Shown here one piece after another: positions 30,488-41,027 of a stretch of DNA of 64,000 nt. The stretch lies in contig JASGJN010000002.1 of assembly GCA_049840735.1 (NCBI GenBank), forward strand, positions 32,001 to 96,000, given 5' to 3'. Source of the DNA: Anaeromyxobacter sp. Lineage in GTDB: Bacteria > Myxococcota > Myxococcia > Myxococcales > Anaeromyxobacteraceae. The notes under the pieces were generated by a model that saw only the letters and a program-made list of their open reading frames with translations, did not search any database and was not told where the DNA came from. The position numbers were made by a program, and so were the translations under genes. Each line of letters starts with the position of its first letter. The stretch's first letter is position 1.

Positions 30488-30502
30488 GGCGCGGGTGCCG
30501 AC

Positions 30503-31771
30503 TCAGTCGCCGTTGCCGGTCGGATGACACCGGAGGCAGGCCGCAGTGGCCCAGCTGTAGCCGGAGCGGCCGGCGTGCTGCTCGTTGGTGGTGGTCTGCC
30601 CGTGGCACCCCAGGCAGTCCGGGACGGAGAAGTCGGCCGCCCAAGTCTTGTCGGTGCGCTTCGCGGTGTGGCAGCGCACGCACGAGCTCCGGTAGTGGTG
30701 GCTCCCGCTGGAGATGCGGAACTGCGTGTGGGCCGAGACCGCGTGCACCTGGCTGTCGGCGTGACAGACGATGCACCCCGCCCCGCCGGTCCCGAACCCG
30801 CCCACCGCGGCGTGGGCGGTGGTCATGGTGGTCGCGGCGTGCTCGTGGCAGGTGGTGCAGTCGATCACCTTCCGGTCGGCGGAGCTGGTGTGGCACTGGT
30901 CGCAGGACGCGGTGGCGTGCACCGCCCCGGTCGCGATGGGGAAGAAGCTGGCCGAGTGGACGGCCGGATTGACGCCGCCCGCGCCGTCGCGGTGGCAGGC
31001 GTAGCAGGCGGTGGAGAGGTACTGGTAGTTGGTCACGCCGGAGTGGCGGGGCGTCGTCTCGGCGGCGGCGTGGCAGGCCAGGCAGTCGAAGGTCGCGAAG
31101 TCGCGCGTCCACGGCCGGGCCGCCTGGTCCTGCGGGTGGCACTGCAGGCAGCCGGAGGTGGCGTGGGCGGTGCCGCCGGCGATGGCAAGGAGACGCCGTG
31201 GGCGGTCACGGTCCGGACGGCGGCCTGGTCGTGGCACACCACGCAGGTGGCGCCGGAGAAGGTCCAGCCGGCCACCCCGGCGTGCGCGGTGGTCATGGTG
31301 CCCTGCGCGTGCTCGTGGCAGGTGCTGCAGTCGAGCTGCGTCCGGTCGGACGGGTTGGCGTGGCAGCTGGAGCAGGCCGTCTGGCCGGTGGCGCTCCCCG
31401 AGCCGTGGCTGAGCGGGAAGTAGGCGGCGTGGACGGTGGGATTCGATGGCGCCGCCGCCGTCGCGATGGCAGCCGTAGCAGGCGGTGGACTCGTTCCGGT
31501 AGCCGCCTACGCCGGTGTGCCTCGGGTCGGTGGTCGCGGCGGTGTGGCAGCCGATGCAGTCGAACTGCCTGAAGGTGTCGAAGGCGCCGTGGCAGGTGTT
31601 GCAGTCCACGGTGGCGTGCGCCGTTCCCGCCGAGATGGCGAAGAACCGGGCGTGCGTCTCGCGCGTGGGCGCCGTGTTCCACGGGCCGGGGGTGTTGCCC
31701 GAGCAGGCCGCAGCCAACGCAGCAGCCGCCGCCAGCAGGGCGGTGTTCCGGCGAGATTTGGACGTCTCCAT
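30503..31771 (-). CDS. 15-heme c-type cytochrome lipoprotein with two compensating frameshifts (about 31440 and 31190)
   Basis: ATG at 31771, lipobox LAAAC. 12 CxxCH motifs lie in the main frame and 3 (CSSCH, CSTCH, CVVCH) in the shifted segment. Confidence 0.85.
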   Translation of the reverse strand: METSKSRRNTALLAAAAALAAACSGNTPGPWNTAPTRETHARFFAISAGTAHATVDCNTCHGAFDTFRQFDCIGCHTAATTDPRHTGVGGYRNESTACYGCHRDGGGAIESHRPRRLLPAQPRLGERHRPDGLLQLPRQPVRPDAARLQHLPRARAGHHDHRARRGGRLDLLRRHLRGVPRPGRRPDRDRPRRLLAIAGGTAHATSGCLQCHPQDQAARPWTRDFATFDCLACHAAAETTPRHSGVTNYQYLSTACYACHRDGAGGVNPAVHSASFFPIATGAVHATASCDQCHTSSADRKVIDCTTCHEHAATTMTTAHAAVGGFGTGGAGCIVCHADSQVHAVSAHTQFRISSGSHHYRSSCVRCHTAKRTDKTWAADFSVPDCLGCHGQTTTNEQHAGRSGYSWATAACLRCHPTGNGD

Positions 31772-31882
31772 GTCGAAGCCGCCGCCCGTCCAGCCTCGCC
31801 CCAGGCTGATCGGACAGCGCTCCCACCCTCTTCGGCACAGCGCGGGCACGGCTGCCTGCCCGAGTCCCGTCTCCAGGGGACA

Positions 31883-31896
31883 GTGATTTAGGTCAA
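31883..31896. promoter_or_regulatory. FNR/CRP-family-like binding site upstream of the cytochrome operon
   Basis: GTGAT-TTAG-GTCAA (reverse strand TTGAC-N4-ATCAC) against FNR consensus TTGAT-N4-ATCAA, in an AT-richer spacer about 110 bp upstream of the first ATG. Confidence 0.55.
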
Positions 31897-32115
31897 GCCG
31901 ACTGCCAACACCCTAAGGAGGTATCGACTCACTGTTCCCTCGAACCCTACCCAGGTAAGCACGCGCATGAATGAACGCTTGCCCCACGTCCAAGGGAGGG
32001 GCACCGGATCAGGCCAGAGATCGGCTCCGGGGCCGTCCTTGACGTCCGGTGGGAGAGGTCCTTACATCCCATCCGCCATGACGGACGAGGCCGGGAACGG
32101 CCGGGAGCGGAGCGC

Positions 32116-33054
32116 ATGCGGATCGCCGAGGACATCACGCAGCTGATCGGGAACACGCCGCTGGTGCGGCTCAATCGCATCCTGGACGGCGCGCGCGCCA
32201 CGGTGGTGGCCAAGCTGGAGGCGCGAAACCCGGCCGGCTCGGTGAAGGACCGGATTGGCGTGGCCATGATCGAGGCGGCCGAGCGCGACGGGAAGATCAA
32301 GAAGGACACCATCCTGCTGGAGCCGACCAGCGGGAACACCGGCATCGGCCTGGCCTTCGCGGCGGCCGCCAAGGGCTATCCGCTGGTGCTGTGCATGCCC
32401 GAGACCATGAGCATGGAGCGGCGCCGGCTGCTGGCGGCCTACGGGGCGAAGATGATCCTCACGCCCGGCTCGGAGGGGATGAAGGGCGCCATCGCGCGGG
32501 CCAGCGCCCTGGCGGCCGAGGACCCGCGCTACCTGGTCCTGCAGCAGTTCGAGAACCCCGCCAACCCGGAGGTCCACCGCCGCACCACCGCAGAGGAGAT
32601 CTGGCGCGACACCGACGGGAAGGTGGACATCGTGGTCTGCGGCACCGGCACCGGAGGGACGGTGACCGGCTGCGCCCAGGTGCTCAAGCCGCGCAAGCCG
32701 TCGATCCGTATCGTCGCCGCCGAGCCGGCCGACTCGGCGGTGCTCTCCGGCGGGAAGCCGGGCCCGCACAAGATCCAGGGCTGGGGCGCGGGGTTCGTGC
32801 CCAAGGTGCTCGACGCCTCCCTGCTCGACGAGGTGATCACGGTCAGCAACGAGGACGCCGGTCGCGATGCGCGCCGGCTCACCCGTGAGGAGGGGATCCT
32901 GTCCGGCATCTCCTGCGGCGGGGCGGTCACCGCGGCCCGCGTGGTAGCCCAGCGGCCGGAGAACGCCGGGAAGCTGATCGTGGTGGTGCTCCCGGACACG
33001 GGCGAGCGTTACCTGACCACCTGGCTGTTCGAGGAGCAGCCCCCCGCGAAGTAG
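32116..33054 (+). CDS. cysK: Cysteine synthase A (O-acetylserine sulfhydrylase)
   Basis: [45 protein letters not shown]. Confidence 0.95.
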   Translation: MRIAEDITQLIGNTPLVRLNRILDGARATVVAKLEARNPAGSVKDRIGVAMIEAAERDGKIKKDTILLEPTSGNTGIGLAFAAAAKGYPLVLCMPETMSMERRRLLAAYGAKMILTPGSEGMKGAIARASALAAEDPRYLVLQQFENPANPEVHRRTTAEEIWRDTDGKVDIVVCGTGTGGTVTGCAQVLKPRKPSIRIVAAEPADSAVLSGGKPGPHKIQGWGAGFVPKVLDASLLDEVITVSNEDAGRDARRLTREEGILSGISCGGAVTAARVVAQRPENAGKLIVVVLPDTGERYLTTWLFEEQPPAK

Positions 33055-33246
33055 CAGGCGCGACCGCGGCGCAGCGCGAGCACGTCCGCGGGCGCCCTGC
33101 GCCGGGCGGTCGCCCGGCCCGTAGGTCTGCAAGCGATCGCTGAGAAGCCCTGCGGCCCACCTGGGATTGGCAAGGCCCCGTTGCGGCCCGGTCAACCGCT
33201 TCCTAGCTTGCTGCGGTAGTTCGGGGAAGTGCCGGGGGTGCAGGTC

Positions 33247-33960
33247 ATGACGCAGGCGTCGCGGGCTGAGCTTCGTGCCGAGTTGCTGGGCAGGATTCCG
33301 AGCTGGTACTCCCCCGCCCTTCACGTGTTGCTCCCCGCCATCGTCGGGCTGCTGGTCGTCTGGCTGGCCCTCTCGACGGTTCACGACCTGGCGGCGTGGC
33401 AGCTCGCGGCCGTGCCGGCCTTCCTCCTGTTCTCGAACGCGGTCGAGTGGCACGCGCACCGCGGCCTCCTGCACCGCCGGGTGCGGTTCCTCGAGGTGCT
33501 GTACGTCCGCCACACCCCGCAGCACCACGCCCTCTACGTCAACGGCGAGATGGCCATCCACACGCCGCAGGAGCTCCGCTTCATCCTGCTCCCCGCCTAC
33601 GGGCTGCTCGCCATCCTGGGCGCCGCCTCGCCCATCACGGCCCTGCTCCTCTGGGCTGGCCAGCCCAACCTCGCGGCGCTCTGGGTGGTGACGGTGGTGG
33701 CCTACGTGCTCGCCTACGAGTGGCTCCACCTGGCCTACCACCTGCCCGAGGAGAGCCCCATCGGCCGCCTCGGCCTGGTGCGCGTGCTGCGGCGCCACCA
33801 CCAGCTCCACCACACGCCTCACCTGATGCAGCGGTGGAACTTCAACGTCACCGTGCCGGTGTGGGATGTCGTGCGCGGGACGGTCTACCACCCCGAGATC
33901 CGCCACTATCCCGCCTCCGCCCCAGCCGCTGCCCCGTCGGCAGCCCGGCGGCTGCACTAG
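33247..33960 (+). CDS. Sterol desaturase/fatty acid hydroxylase family membrane protein
   Basis: His boxes HRGLLH, HTPQHH, HLAYH, HHQLHH; NFNVT..WD. Confidence 0.85.
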   Translation: MTQASRAELRAELLGRIPSWYSPALHVLLPAIVGLLVVWLALSTVHDLAAWQLAAVPAFLLFSNAVEWHAHRGLLHRRVRFLEVLYVRHTPQHHALYVNGEMAIHTPQELRFILLPAYGLLAILGAASPITALLLWAGQPNLAALWVVTVVAYVLAYEWLHLAYHLPEESPIGRLGLVRVLRRHHQLHHTPHLMQRWNFNVTVPVWDVVRGTVYHPEIRHYPASAPAAAPSAARRLH

Positions 33961-34025
33961 GCGCCGGTTGCGCTTGGCAGCCAACGCTTTACACGACCGC
34001 CAGCGGTGGGGTATCAGACCCGCGC

Positions 34026-34098
34026 GACCCCATCGTCTAGAGGCCCAGGACACGGCCCTTTCAAGGCTGTAACCGGAGTTCGAATCTCCGTGGGGTCA
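34026..34098 (+). tRNA. tRNA-Glu (anticodon UUC), CCA not encoded
   Basis: Acceptor stem GACCCCA/TGGGGTC, anticodon loop CTTTCAA, T arm CGGAG-TTCGAAT-CTCCG. Confidence 0.97.
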
Positions 34099-34215
34099 TT
34101 CCCTTCGTTGAACGGTACCGCCTGCCCCGTGCCTCCTGAGCGCGCCTGACGGCGCGCTGACGATGGCTTCGCCAACGTCGAATGAGGCCTGGTTGACGAC
34201 TCCCGCTCCGAGCCG

Positions 34216-34815
34216 TCAGTCGTCGCGGTCCTCGTGATGATCCCGCTCGCCGTCGCAGTCGAACCGCGGGTGGAAGTCCCAACCGCCGTCCCCGCAGCCG
34301 AAGGACAAATCCCTGCGGAACCTGAGCGCCACGGTGGTGGTCTGACCTTCAGCGACGGTGAAGGGCTCGGCGACGCGGACGATCGACGTCCAGCCTCCGC
34401 CGGGCGGCGTGATGGCGATCCCGGTGCCGTCCCCCAGCACGAGCTCCACGGTCCTGATCACCACCACGAACTGGTCGTAGGTCCCGGGCGGCAGGAATCC
34501 GTCCGGCAGCGTGACCTCGCGCCCGCCGCCGAGCGAGAGGAGGTCCACCCTGTAGGGAAGGTCGATCGCGACCTCCACGAGCACGCCGTCGCTCGAACGG
34601 GCCAGCAGGCTCGAGATGGTCACGCGGGCGGCCTGCAGGCCACCGCAGCGCGACTCCTCATTGGACGCGAGCACGCTCGGTGCGCCGTCCGAGGACAGGA
34701 CGATGGCGACCTGCCCTCTGCCGTCGGGACCAAATGCGCCCTGGCCGCACGCGGCAGCCAGCACCAGGAAGGCGAGCGCGATCGCGCCCAGGGAGAGCTT
34801 GTCCTTGATCGTCAT
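34216..34815 (-). CDS. DUF4382-like lipoprotein
   Basis: Lipobox LAAAC; VDLLSL, LPPGTYDQF, FTVAEGQTTTVALRF, FHP. Confidence 0.65.
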   Translation of the reverse strand: MTIKDKLSLGAIALAFLVLAAACGQGAFGPDGRGQVAIVLSSDGAPSVLASNEESRCGGLQAARVTISSLLARSSDGVLVEVAIDLPYRVDLLSLGGGREVTLPDGFLPPGTYDQFVVVIRTVELVLGDGTGIAITPPGGGWTSIVRVAEPFTVAEGQTTTVALRFRRDLSFGCGDGGWDFHPRFDCDGERDHHEDRDD

Positions 34816-35022
34816 GGCCGCACTCCTGTCGAGGAACGCGGCCGAGGCTAGCACCCCCGGTGCGACCTGGCGCTTCCCGGACGAGGGCGCAGCTGGTCGA
34901 CACCCACCCGGCGCACCGCGTGCGCGGGGGCCCCCGAGACCTGGACCGAAGCAGGTGAACCCGTCCCACCCGACACGAGCTGCGCTACCCGGGCAAGCAC
35001 CGCAGGTCTCCCCCGAAGGCGC

Positions 35023-35634
35023 TCACCACCTGTACCGCGCGCTCACCCTCCGGCCCTTGATGTCGACGGTCAGGTCCACCCGGCACCTGTCCGCCGCGCC
35101 CGCCATGTCCACCACGCCGAGGAGGATTCCCTCGAACAGCGCGGCGTAGCCGGGGTGCGTGGCGACGGGAGCGGCCAGGTCCAGCTCGACCAGCCCTTCC
35201 CGCGAGAAGAGGGAGACCCGGGGCTCGGCCACGTCGCGGTAGGCATGCCGGAACGTCGCCTCGAACATCCGCAGGAACCCGGCCACGGTCGCGCCGCCGA
35301 AGATGGTTGCCGCGCCGGCGATCAGCGCGCGGTAGGCGGGGCGGCTGGCGATCTTCTGGCCAATCCAGCGGCGCCAGAGCCCGGCGGCCGTGGCCTGGCC
35401 GATGGCCGCGACGACCGCGTCCACGTACGGTCCGTGGACCTCCTCCACGTCCAGCCAGTCGGAGGTGACGGCGTCGTCGATCCGCTGCCGGACCGGCAGC
35501 GGCAGCGCCGACCGGATCGAGGCCAGCAGCTCGGGCGCGTGGACCTCCAGGTCCTCCAGGAAGTCGAGGACGTTCGAGGCCCGCGTCCGCGGGCGCGGCG
35601 CGGCGGCGGGCAGGGGGCGCAGGGCCGCGGTCAC
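35023..35634 (-). CDS. Hypothetical protein, DUF2378-like (Myxococcales type)
   Basis: Coupled to the upstream paralog-like gene; C-terminal LFEGILLGVV...ARYRW. Confidence 0.6.
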   Translation of the reverse strand: MTAALRPLPAAAPRPRTRASNVLDFLEDLEVHAPELLASIRSALPLPVRQRIDDAVTSDWLDVEEVHGPYVDAVVAAIGQATAAGLWRRWIGQKIASRPAYRALIAGAATIFGGATVAGFLRMFEATFRHAYRDVAEPRVSLFSREGLVELDLAAPVATHPGYAALFEGILLGVVDMAGAADRCRVDLTVDIKGRRVSARYRW

Positions 35635-36284
35635 CGGCCACCTCCCCAGCGCGCGACGAACTCGGCCGAGGTGGCCGTGACCTGTCCCAGCGTCACCGTG
35701 GTGCCGACCGCGCGCGAGTGCTCGAGCGCGGCGGCGAAGGCCTCGGCGATCACCATCAGGTGCAGCGGGGTGTAGAGACCAGCGGGGAAGCTCAGCTCGC
35801 CGACGCCCGCCTCCGCGCCTTCCCGCCGGACGCGCAGCGTCGATCCCTGGTGGAAGCTGTTCCAGCGCGTCTCCGCCCGCTCCAGCAGCGCGTGAGGGGA
35901 GAAGAAGGCCATGAGCGCGCGATAGGCCAGCCCGCGGTAGAGCTGCCGGTGGGTCTCCCGGCTCCAGGACCGGACGGCGTCGTCGCTCATCTGGGCGGCG
36001 TCTGCGATCACGAGCAGCGCGCCCTGGAGCACGACCTCGGGGATCCAGGGCCGGTCCGGCACGGCCAGCAGCTCACCCGGCATGCCCGCGGGCACCGGCA
36101 GGTTCGGCGGCGCGGTGGCGAGCACGGCCTCCACCACGCCCGCCCGCACCACGCAGCTGGGATGGGAAGCCAGGCCGGCCGGCAGTGCGGCCAGGTAGGC
36201 CTCGAGGCGCGGACAGGCCACCGGCGCGGGCGCGAAGGCCGCGGCGGGGCGGATGTGGGAAGCGAGCGGAGACGGCAGCGTCAT
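35631..36284 (-). CDS. Hypothetical protein, DUF2378-like
   Basis: YLAALPAGLASHP, YRALM, RWNSFHQGS, C-terminal FVARW; GTGA overlap with the next gene. Confidence 0.6.
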   Translation of the reverse strand: MTLPSPLASHIRPAAAFAPAPVACPRLEAYLAALPAGLASHPSCVVRAGVVEAVLATAPPNLPVPAGMPGELLAVPDRPWIPEVVLQGALLVIADAAQMSDDAVRSWSRETHRQLYRGLAYRALMAFFSPHALLERAETRWNSFHQGSTLRVRREGAEAGVGELSFPAGLYTPLHLMVIAEAFAAALEHSRAVGTTVTLGQVTATSAEFVARWGGGR

Positions 36285-36446
36285 CGCCCGCCTTCCAGAG
36301 CAAGACCGGCGCCAACCCGCGACGGCGCGCTGGGCCCCGAAATCGCAAGCCAGTGCGCCCCCTGCTGGACACCCGTGATCAGGCGGGTCCGGGACAGCGG
36401 AGCCCAGGGTCCAGTGGACCCCGACCGCGAGGATGGGGTCCGGCGC

Positions 36447-37091
36447 CTACCGCCCGCGGCGGTAGCCGTAGCCGCCGTGCTCGACCGCCGTCACCCGCCC
36501 ATGCTCCAGGGTGGCGATGGTGATGAACCGGCTCGGGCCGAGATCGTAGGTCCAGGTCTCGACCGTCACGGTGGTGTAGGCGATGGCGGTGGTGTCCCGG
36601 TCGCGGGTGGCCGCGCTGCGCGCCCGCTTCTCCCGGCGGACGTCGCGGGCGGTGGGCTCGCCACACTTCGCGAGGAGGTCCAGCTTGCGATCGCCGACCC
36701 GCACGTCGAAGGACTCGCAGGGCTGATCCCGCCGGCTGGAGAGCAGCCCCGCCGGATAGCCGTAGCTCCCGCTCTCGATGCGCGTCACGCGACCGCCGTG
36801 CAGCGTGACCACCTGGACGAAGCGGTCCGGACCGAAGTTGAAGGTCCAGCGCTCCAGCGTGGTGGAGGTGACGTCGCCGTCCATCCCCAGCCCGTTCCCC
36901 TGGACCAGCGTGAGCCCGGTCTCGAGCTCGTCCACCTCGCGGACGGCCGGGTCGCCGCACTTGCCCATGAGATCGACGCGGGTGTCTCCCATGTGGACGA
37001 TGCCCTGCTCGCAGGCCAGCGAAGCGTCGGCCGGCGCCGGAGCGGCTGGGAGCAGCGCGAGGGCTGCGAAGAGTGCGCGCGATGGGGTCAT
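36447..37091 (-). CDS. Secreted protein with tandem DUF2845-like domains
   Basis: Signal peptide; two copies of C...GD...DL..KCG.P...E.WT.NFGP.RF...GRV..(I/V)E.G.YGY. Confidence 0.8.
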   Translation of the reverse strand: MTPSRALFAALALLPAAPAPADASLACEQGIVHMGDTRVDLMGKCGDPAVREVDELETGLTLVQGNGLGMDGDVTSTTLERWTFNFGPDRFVQVVTLHGGRVTRIESGSYGYPAGLLSSRRDQPCESFDVRVGDRKLDLLAKCGEPTARDVRREKRARSAATRDRDTTAIAYTTVTVETWTYDLGPSRFITIATLEHGRVTAVEHGGYGYRRGR

Positions 37092-37221
37092 GGTGGAACT
37101 CCTCGGGTGTCGGCGGGATTGTAGCACCGCGCCGCAGCCGCACCCTGCCCTCGCCGGACGGGCGAGCGCCACGCCGGATTCAGCGCGTCAGCCCAGCAGG
37201 CCCCCAGGACGTCGAAGAAGA

Positions 37222-37250
37222 GCGGCCTCCACCCCGGAGGTGGAGGCCGC
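37222..37250 (-). terminator. Intrinsic terminator after the first amylase
   Basis: Perfect 12-bp stem GCGGCCTCCACC/GGTGGAGGCCGC, followed on the minus strand by TCTTCTT. Confidence 0.75.
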
Positions 37251-37264
37251 CCGTCCTGCCGCGG

Positions 37265-40200
37265 CTACCTCACCGAGACGGTGACGTTGTCCACCGTCAC
37301 GACCTTGGTGGAGCCGCTCATCTTGGCCCGGAAGCGGAGCTTCATGGCCGTGCTCTGGTAGGCGGAGATGTCGATCGCCTTGTTGGTGGCCGCCGCCGTG
37401 CCGGTCAGCGTGGCGACGGTGGTCCAGGTGGTCCCCTTGAGCACGTCGACCTTCAGGTACTCGGTGGAGGTGAGGCCGGTGACCGAGTACTTGAAGCCGA
37501 GGGTGACCGTGGTGCCGGTCTTGCTCATGGCGGTCTTCTGCGTGAGCACCGCCTCGGTGGAGCAGCTGGTGCACTTCGCGACGCCGGAGGAGTCGAGCGT
37601 CCCCTGCACCCACTTCGCCGTGGAGGTGCCGCCGGTCACCGTCCAGTTGGTGCCGATGGCGTCCATCACGTCATAGAAGTTGCCGTTGAAGGTCGGGTAG
37701 ACGTCCAGCGTCGCGCCGCCCGTCCCCGCGAAGTTGGCGCCGTCCGACCAGCCGCTGTCGTTGCGCAGCGCCTTGTACTCGAACGCGGCGCCCGAGGCGA
37801 TGGCGGTGGTGCTCCAGACCCAGATGTTGCCGGTGGTCCAGGTGGCGGCCTGGCCCACCGTCCAGGAGAGCGGCGAGAGGCTGCCGCGGATGGAGATGGA
37901 GTTGCCGTAGCCCACGTCGAAGTGCACGCGGATGGTGGTGGTGACCGTCCCGCCGCCGCCGGTGGTGGCGTTCGCGGTGGGCGACGCGCCGGAGGTGCCG
38001 GCCGAGTTGCTGGCGGTCACGTAGTAGTAGTAGGTCGTCGCGACGGCCAGGCCGGCGTCGGAGTAGCTGGTGCCGGCGCTGGTGCCCACGCTCGCGAACC
38101 CGCTGCCCGCCGAGGTGGAGCGGTAGACCGTGTACGAGGTCGCGCCGCTCGAGGCCGCCCAGGTCAGGGACACGGTGGTCCCTGAGGCGCTGGCCGTGAG
38201 CGTGGCGGGCGCCGCCGGCGCGGTACCGCCGGTGGTGGCGTTCGCGGTGGGGGACGCCGCGGAGGTCCCGGACGAGTTGCTGGCCGTGACGTAGTAGTAG
38301 TACGTCGTGGACGCCGCCAGGCCGGAGTTCGAGTAGCCGGTGGAGGTGCTGGTGCCCACGCTCGCGAACCCGCTGCTCGCCGAGGTGGAGCGGTAGACCG
38401 TGTACGAGGTCGCGCCGCTCGAGGCCGCCCAGGTCAGGTTGATGGTCGTGCCCGACGCGGTGGCCGAGAGGGTGGCGGGCGCCGCCGGGGCGGTGCCGCC
38501 CGGCCCGGTCACGGTGAAGCCGCGCGTGCTGTCGTTGAACGTGAAGGTGTGCGCGCCGGTGGTGGTGGGGGTGAAGTAGACGTTGAAGCTGCCGTTCTGC
38601 GTCAGCGTCCCCGAGGCCTGGCTGGCCGTGTTGGAGGCGGAGAGCCCCCAGTTCGTGCTCCAGGTGGTCCCGCCGCCAATCTCGTACTTGAACTGGTAGC
38701 TGGTGCCGGCGGTCAGCGTGGCGCTGGCCGACCAGGTGTAGTTGGCCACCAGCTGCATCCCCGTCGCGCCCCAGCTGTTCATGGAGCCGCGCAGGTACAT
38801 GGTCGAGTAGTTCGAGGTGTAGAGCGAGGGCGTCACCTGCACCGTGGCCGAGGCCGGCGAGGTGCCGGCCGTGTTGCTGGCGGTGACGTAGTAGTAGTAG
38901 GTCGTGCCGGCGGTCAGGCCGGAGTTGCTGAGGCCGGTGGTGGTGCTGCTGCCGACGGTGGCGAAGCCGCTGGTGGCCGAGGTGGAGCGGTAGACCGTGT
39001 ACGAGGTCGCGCCGCTGGAGGCCGTCCAGGTCAGCGTGGCCGTGGTGCCGGCGGCGGTGACGGTCACGCCGGTGGGGGCCAGGGGCGGCGTGGGCGTCGA
39101 GTTGACCTTCTGCCCGGTGTAGATGGCGATGGCCGAGATGGCGCTCCCGCCGCGGGCCGGGACGGTCACGGTGGCGTTGCCGCTCGAGTCCACCGTCACG
39201 CTGTCGCTGGTGCAGCCGTTGCCGGCCGCGTTGAGCAGGCCGTGGACCACGTTGCAGTAGGTCCCGGCGGAGAGCCCGGTGGCGAAGGTGGCGCTCCAGG
39301 ACGAGGTGGCGTTGTTGAGGGCCACGAAGCCCACGCTGCCGCGGCTGAAGGCGAGCTGGTTGCCGTTGCCGGTGGAGCGCACCGTCATGGCGGTGCCCGC
39401 GGCGGCGCTGCGGAACTTCACCATCGGGTAGATGGTGCTCCAGGCGTGGACGAAGTCCCAGCCGCAGGCGGCGCTGGTGTTGCTGCAGGTGGTGGTGACG
39501 ATGGGGTTGCCGCTGCCGTCGTACGGGCTCGCCGACGGCATGTTGGAGTCCTTGTTGGCCCAGGAGAAGCCGGACTGGAGCTGCGCGCGGCCGTAGGGCT
39601 GGCCCAGCATGTAGATGACGGCCAGGTCGTACTTGCCGCCCGAGTCGGTGGTGTAGTTGAGCGAGTCACCCGAGTTGCGCTGGGTGTCGTGGTTGTCCAC
39701 GAAGATGGTGGCCTTGTCGCTGGCGATGAGCTGGTAGGTGCCGCCGCCGGTGCCGGTGCCGGAGTAGGTGGTGACCGAGCCCAGCGCGTTGTTGCGGATG
39801 GCGTCGCGGATGGCCCGGGCCCAGCGGAACTCGTTCACGGTGCCGCTGGCCATGTAGCCGTTCAGGTCGATCCAGCCCTGGTCCTCGATCACCTCGTGCG
39901 TGACGAAGACCTTCTCGCCCAGGAGCGTGGTCTGGTTGCATGTTGCCCGAGCATGGTCTGCAGCTCGGCGGGCAGGAGGTGCTTGGCCGCGTCGATCCGG
40001 TAGCCGTCCACGCCCATGGCGGTGAGCGAGTTCAGGTAGGCCACGAACTGGCCCTGCACGTAGCTGGAGCCGGTGTTGAAATCGGCATGCCCAGCAGCCA
40101 GCAGGCGGTGGTGTTGGCCTCGCTGGAGTAGTTGATGTCACAGTAGGTGTGGAAGTCGCTGGACCCGAAGTACGGGTAGCTGAACGACCCCGAGTTGAGC

Positions 40201-40660
40201 TCAGCCGCCCACGCCGGTGCCGGAGCCGACCGCCATCTGGTTGAAGACCACGTCCGCGTAGATGCGCACGCCGGCGGCGTGGCAGGTGTTGATCATGGCC
40301 TGCAGCTGGGCAGGCATGCCCATGTCGCTGGTGAGGTTGTGGTGGTTCACCGGCTGGTAGATGTTCCACCAGGCGTTCTGGGTGATGTGCTCGGCGGGCG
40401 GCAGGAACTCTGCACGCCGCCGACGCCCTGCGGCCCCAGGAACCGGGTGCACTCGGTGGCGATGTCGTTCCAGCGCCACTTGAACATGTTGACGTAGGTG
40501 TCCGCCGGATTGAGCGTCACCGCCGCCGCGGACGGCGGGGCCGCTCCGTTGCCGGATCCCCGGCGTCCCCGACGCACCCGGGATCCGCTCCCCCGCACGC
40601 AACGAGCCCTGCTGCCAGCAGCGCGACCAGCGCGCCGCCACCATTCATCTTCCTCGTCAT
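37265..40660 (-). CDS. GH13 alpha-amylase lipoprotein: catalytic domain, FN3, X module, FN3, FN3, CBM20-like, C-terminal domain; several indels in 39930-40590
   Basis: ATG at 40660 after GGGAG, lipobox GLVAC. Motifs YQPV, YADVVFNQM, GYRIDAAKH, THEVI, FVDNHD, LAFSRG, GTYCNV. Aligns with the paralog at 53816. Confidence 0.85.
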
Positions 40661-41027
40661 CGCTTCTCCCCGTGTGGCCGCACCCGCGGTGCCGATCCGG
40701 AGAAGCAGGCCCCCGCGCCAGCCGGATCGGTGCTATCGGGTGAACGGCGGGCGGGAGTGTGACGATAGCACGACTGTTCGTGAACACGGGACACTGCCGC
40801 AGCTCATGCGCACGTCCACGGAACTGTGGCAGAATGCCGCTTGCTGTGCGGCGTCAGCTTTCTGTTTTTGCATCTTTCGGGCTGCTGAGCCGGCCGATTT
40901 CGCACGCCCCAAATTTCCACGCTCGTGCCCGTACCATGCGTATGCAGGCGCGCACCGACCCGACGGATCGGCGGCGGAGGACCGGCGCTTCAGGCTCGCG
41001 GCGTCATCCAGCCGCCGCCGCCCGGCC

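Noticed and set aside
21575..37260. Intact integrative elements at tRNA-Lys or tRNA-Glu
   Set aside because: No integrase and no duplicated tRNA 3' end (att site) found by eye.
39930..40590. First GH13 gene as a true pseudogene
   Set aside because: The dense indels are confined to the part shared with the paralog and include GATC sites. Catalytic motifs and the rest of the gene are intact, so poor polishing is more likely; true decay is not fully excluded.
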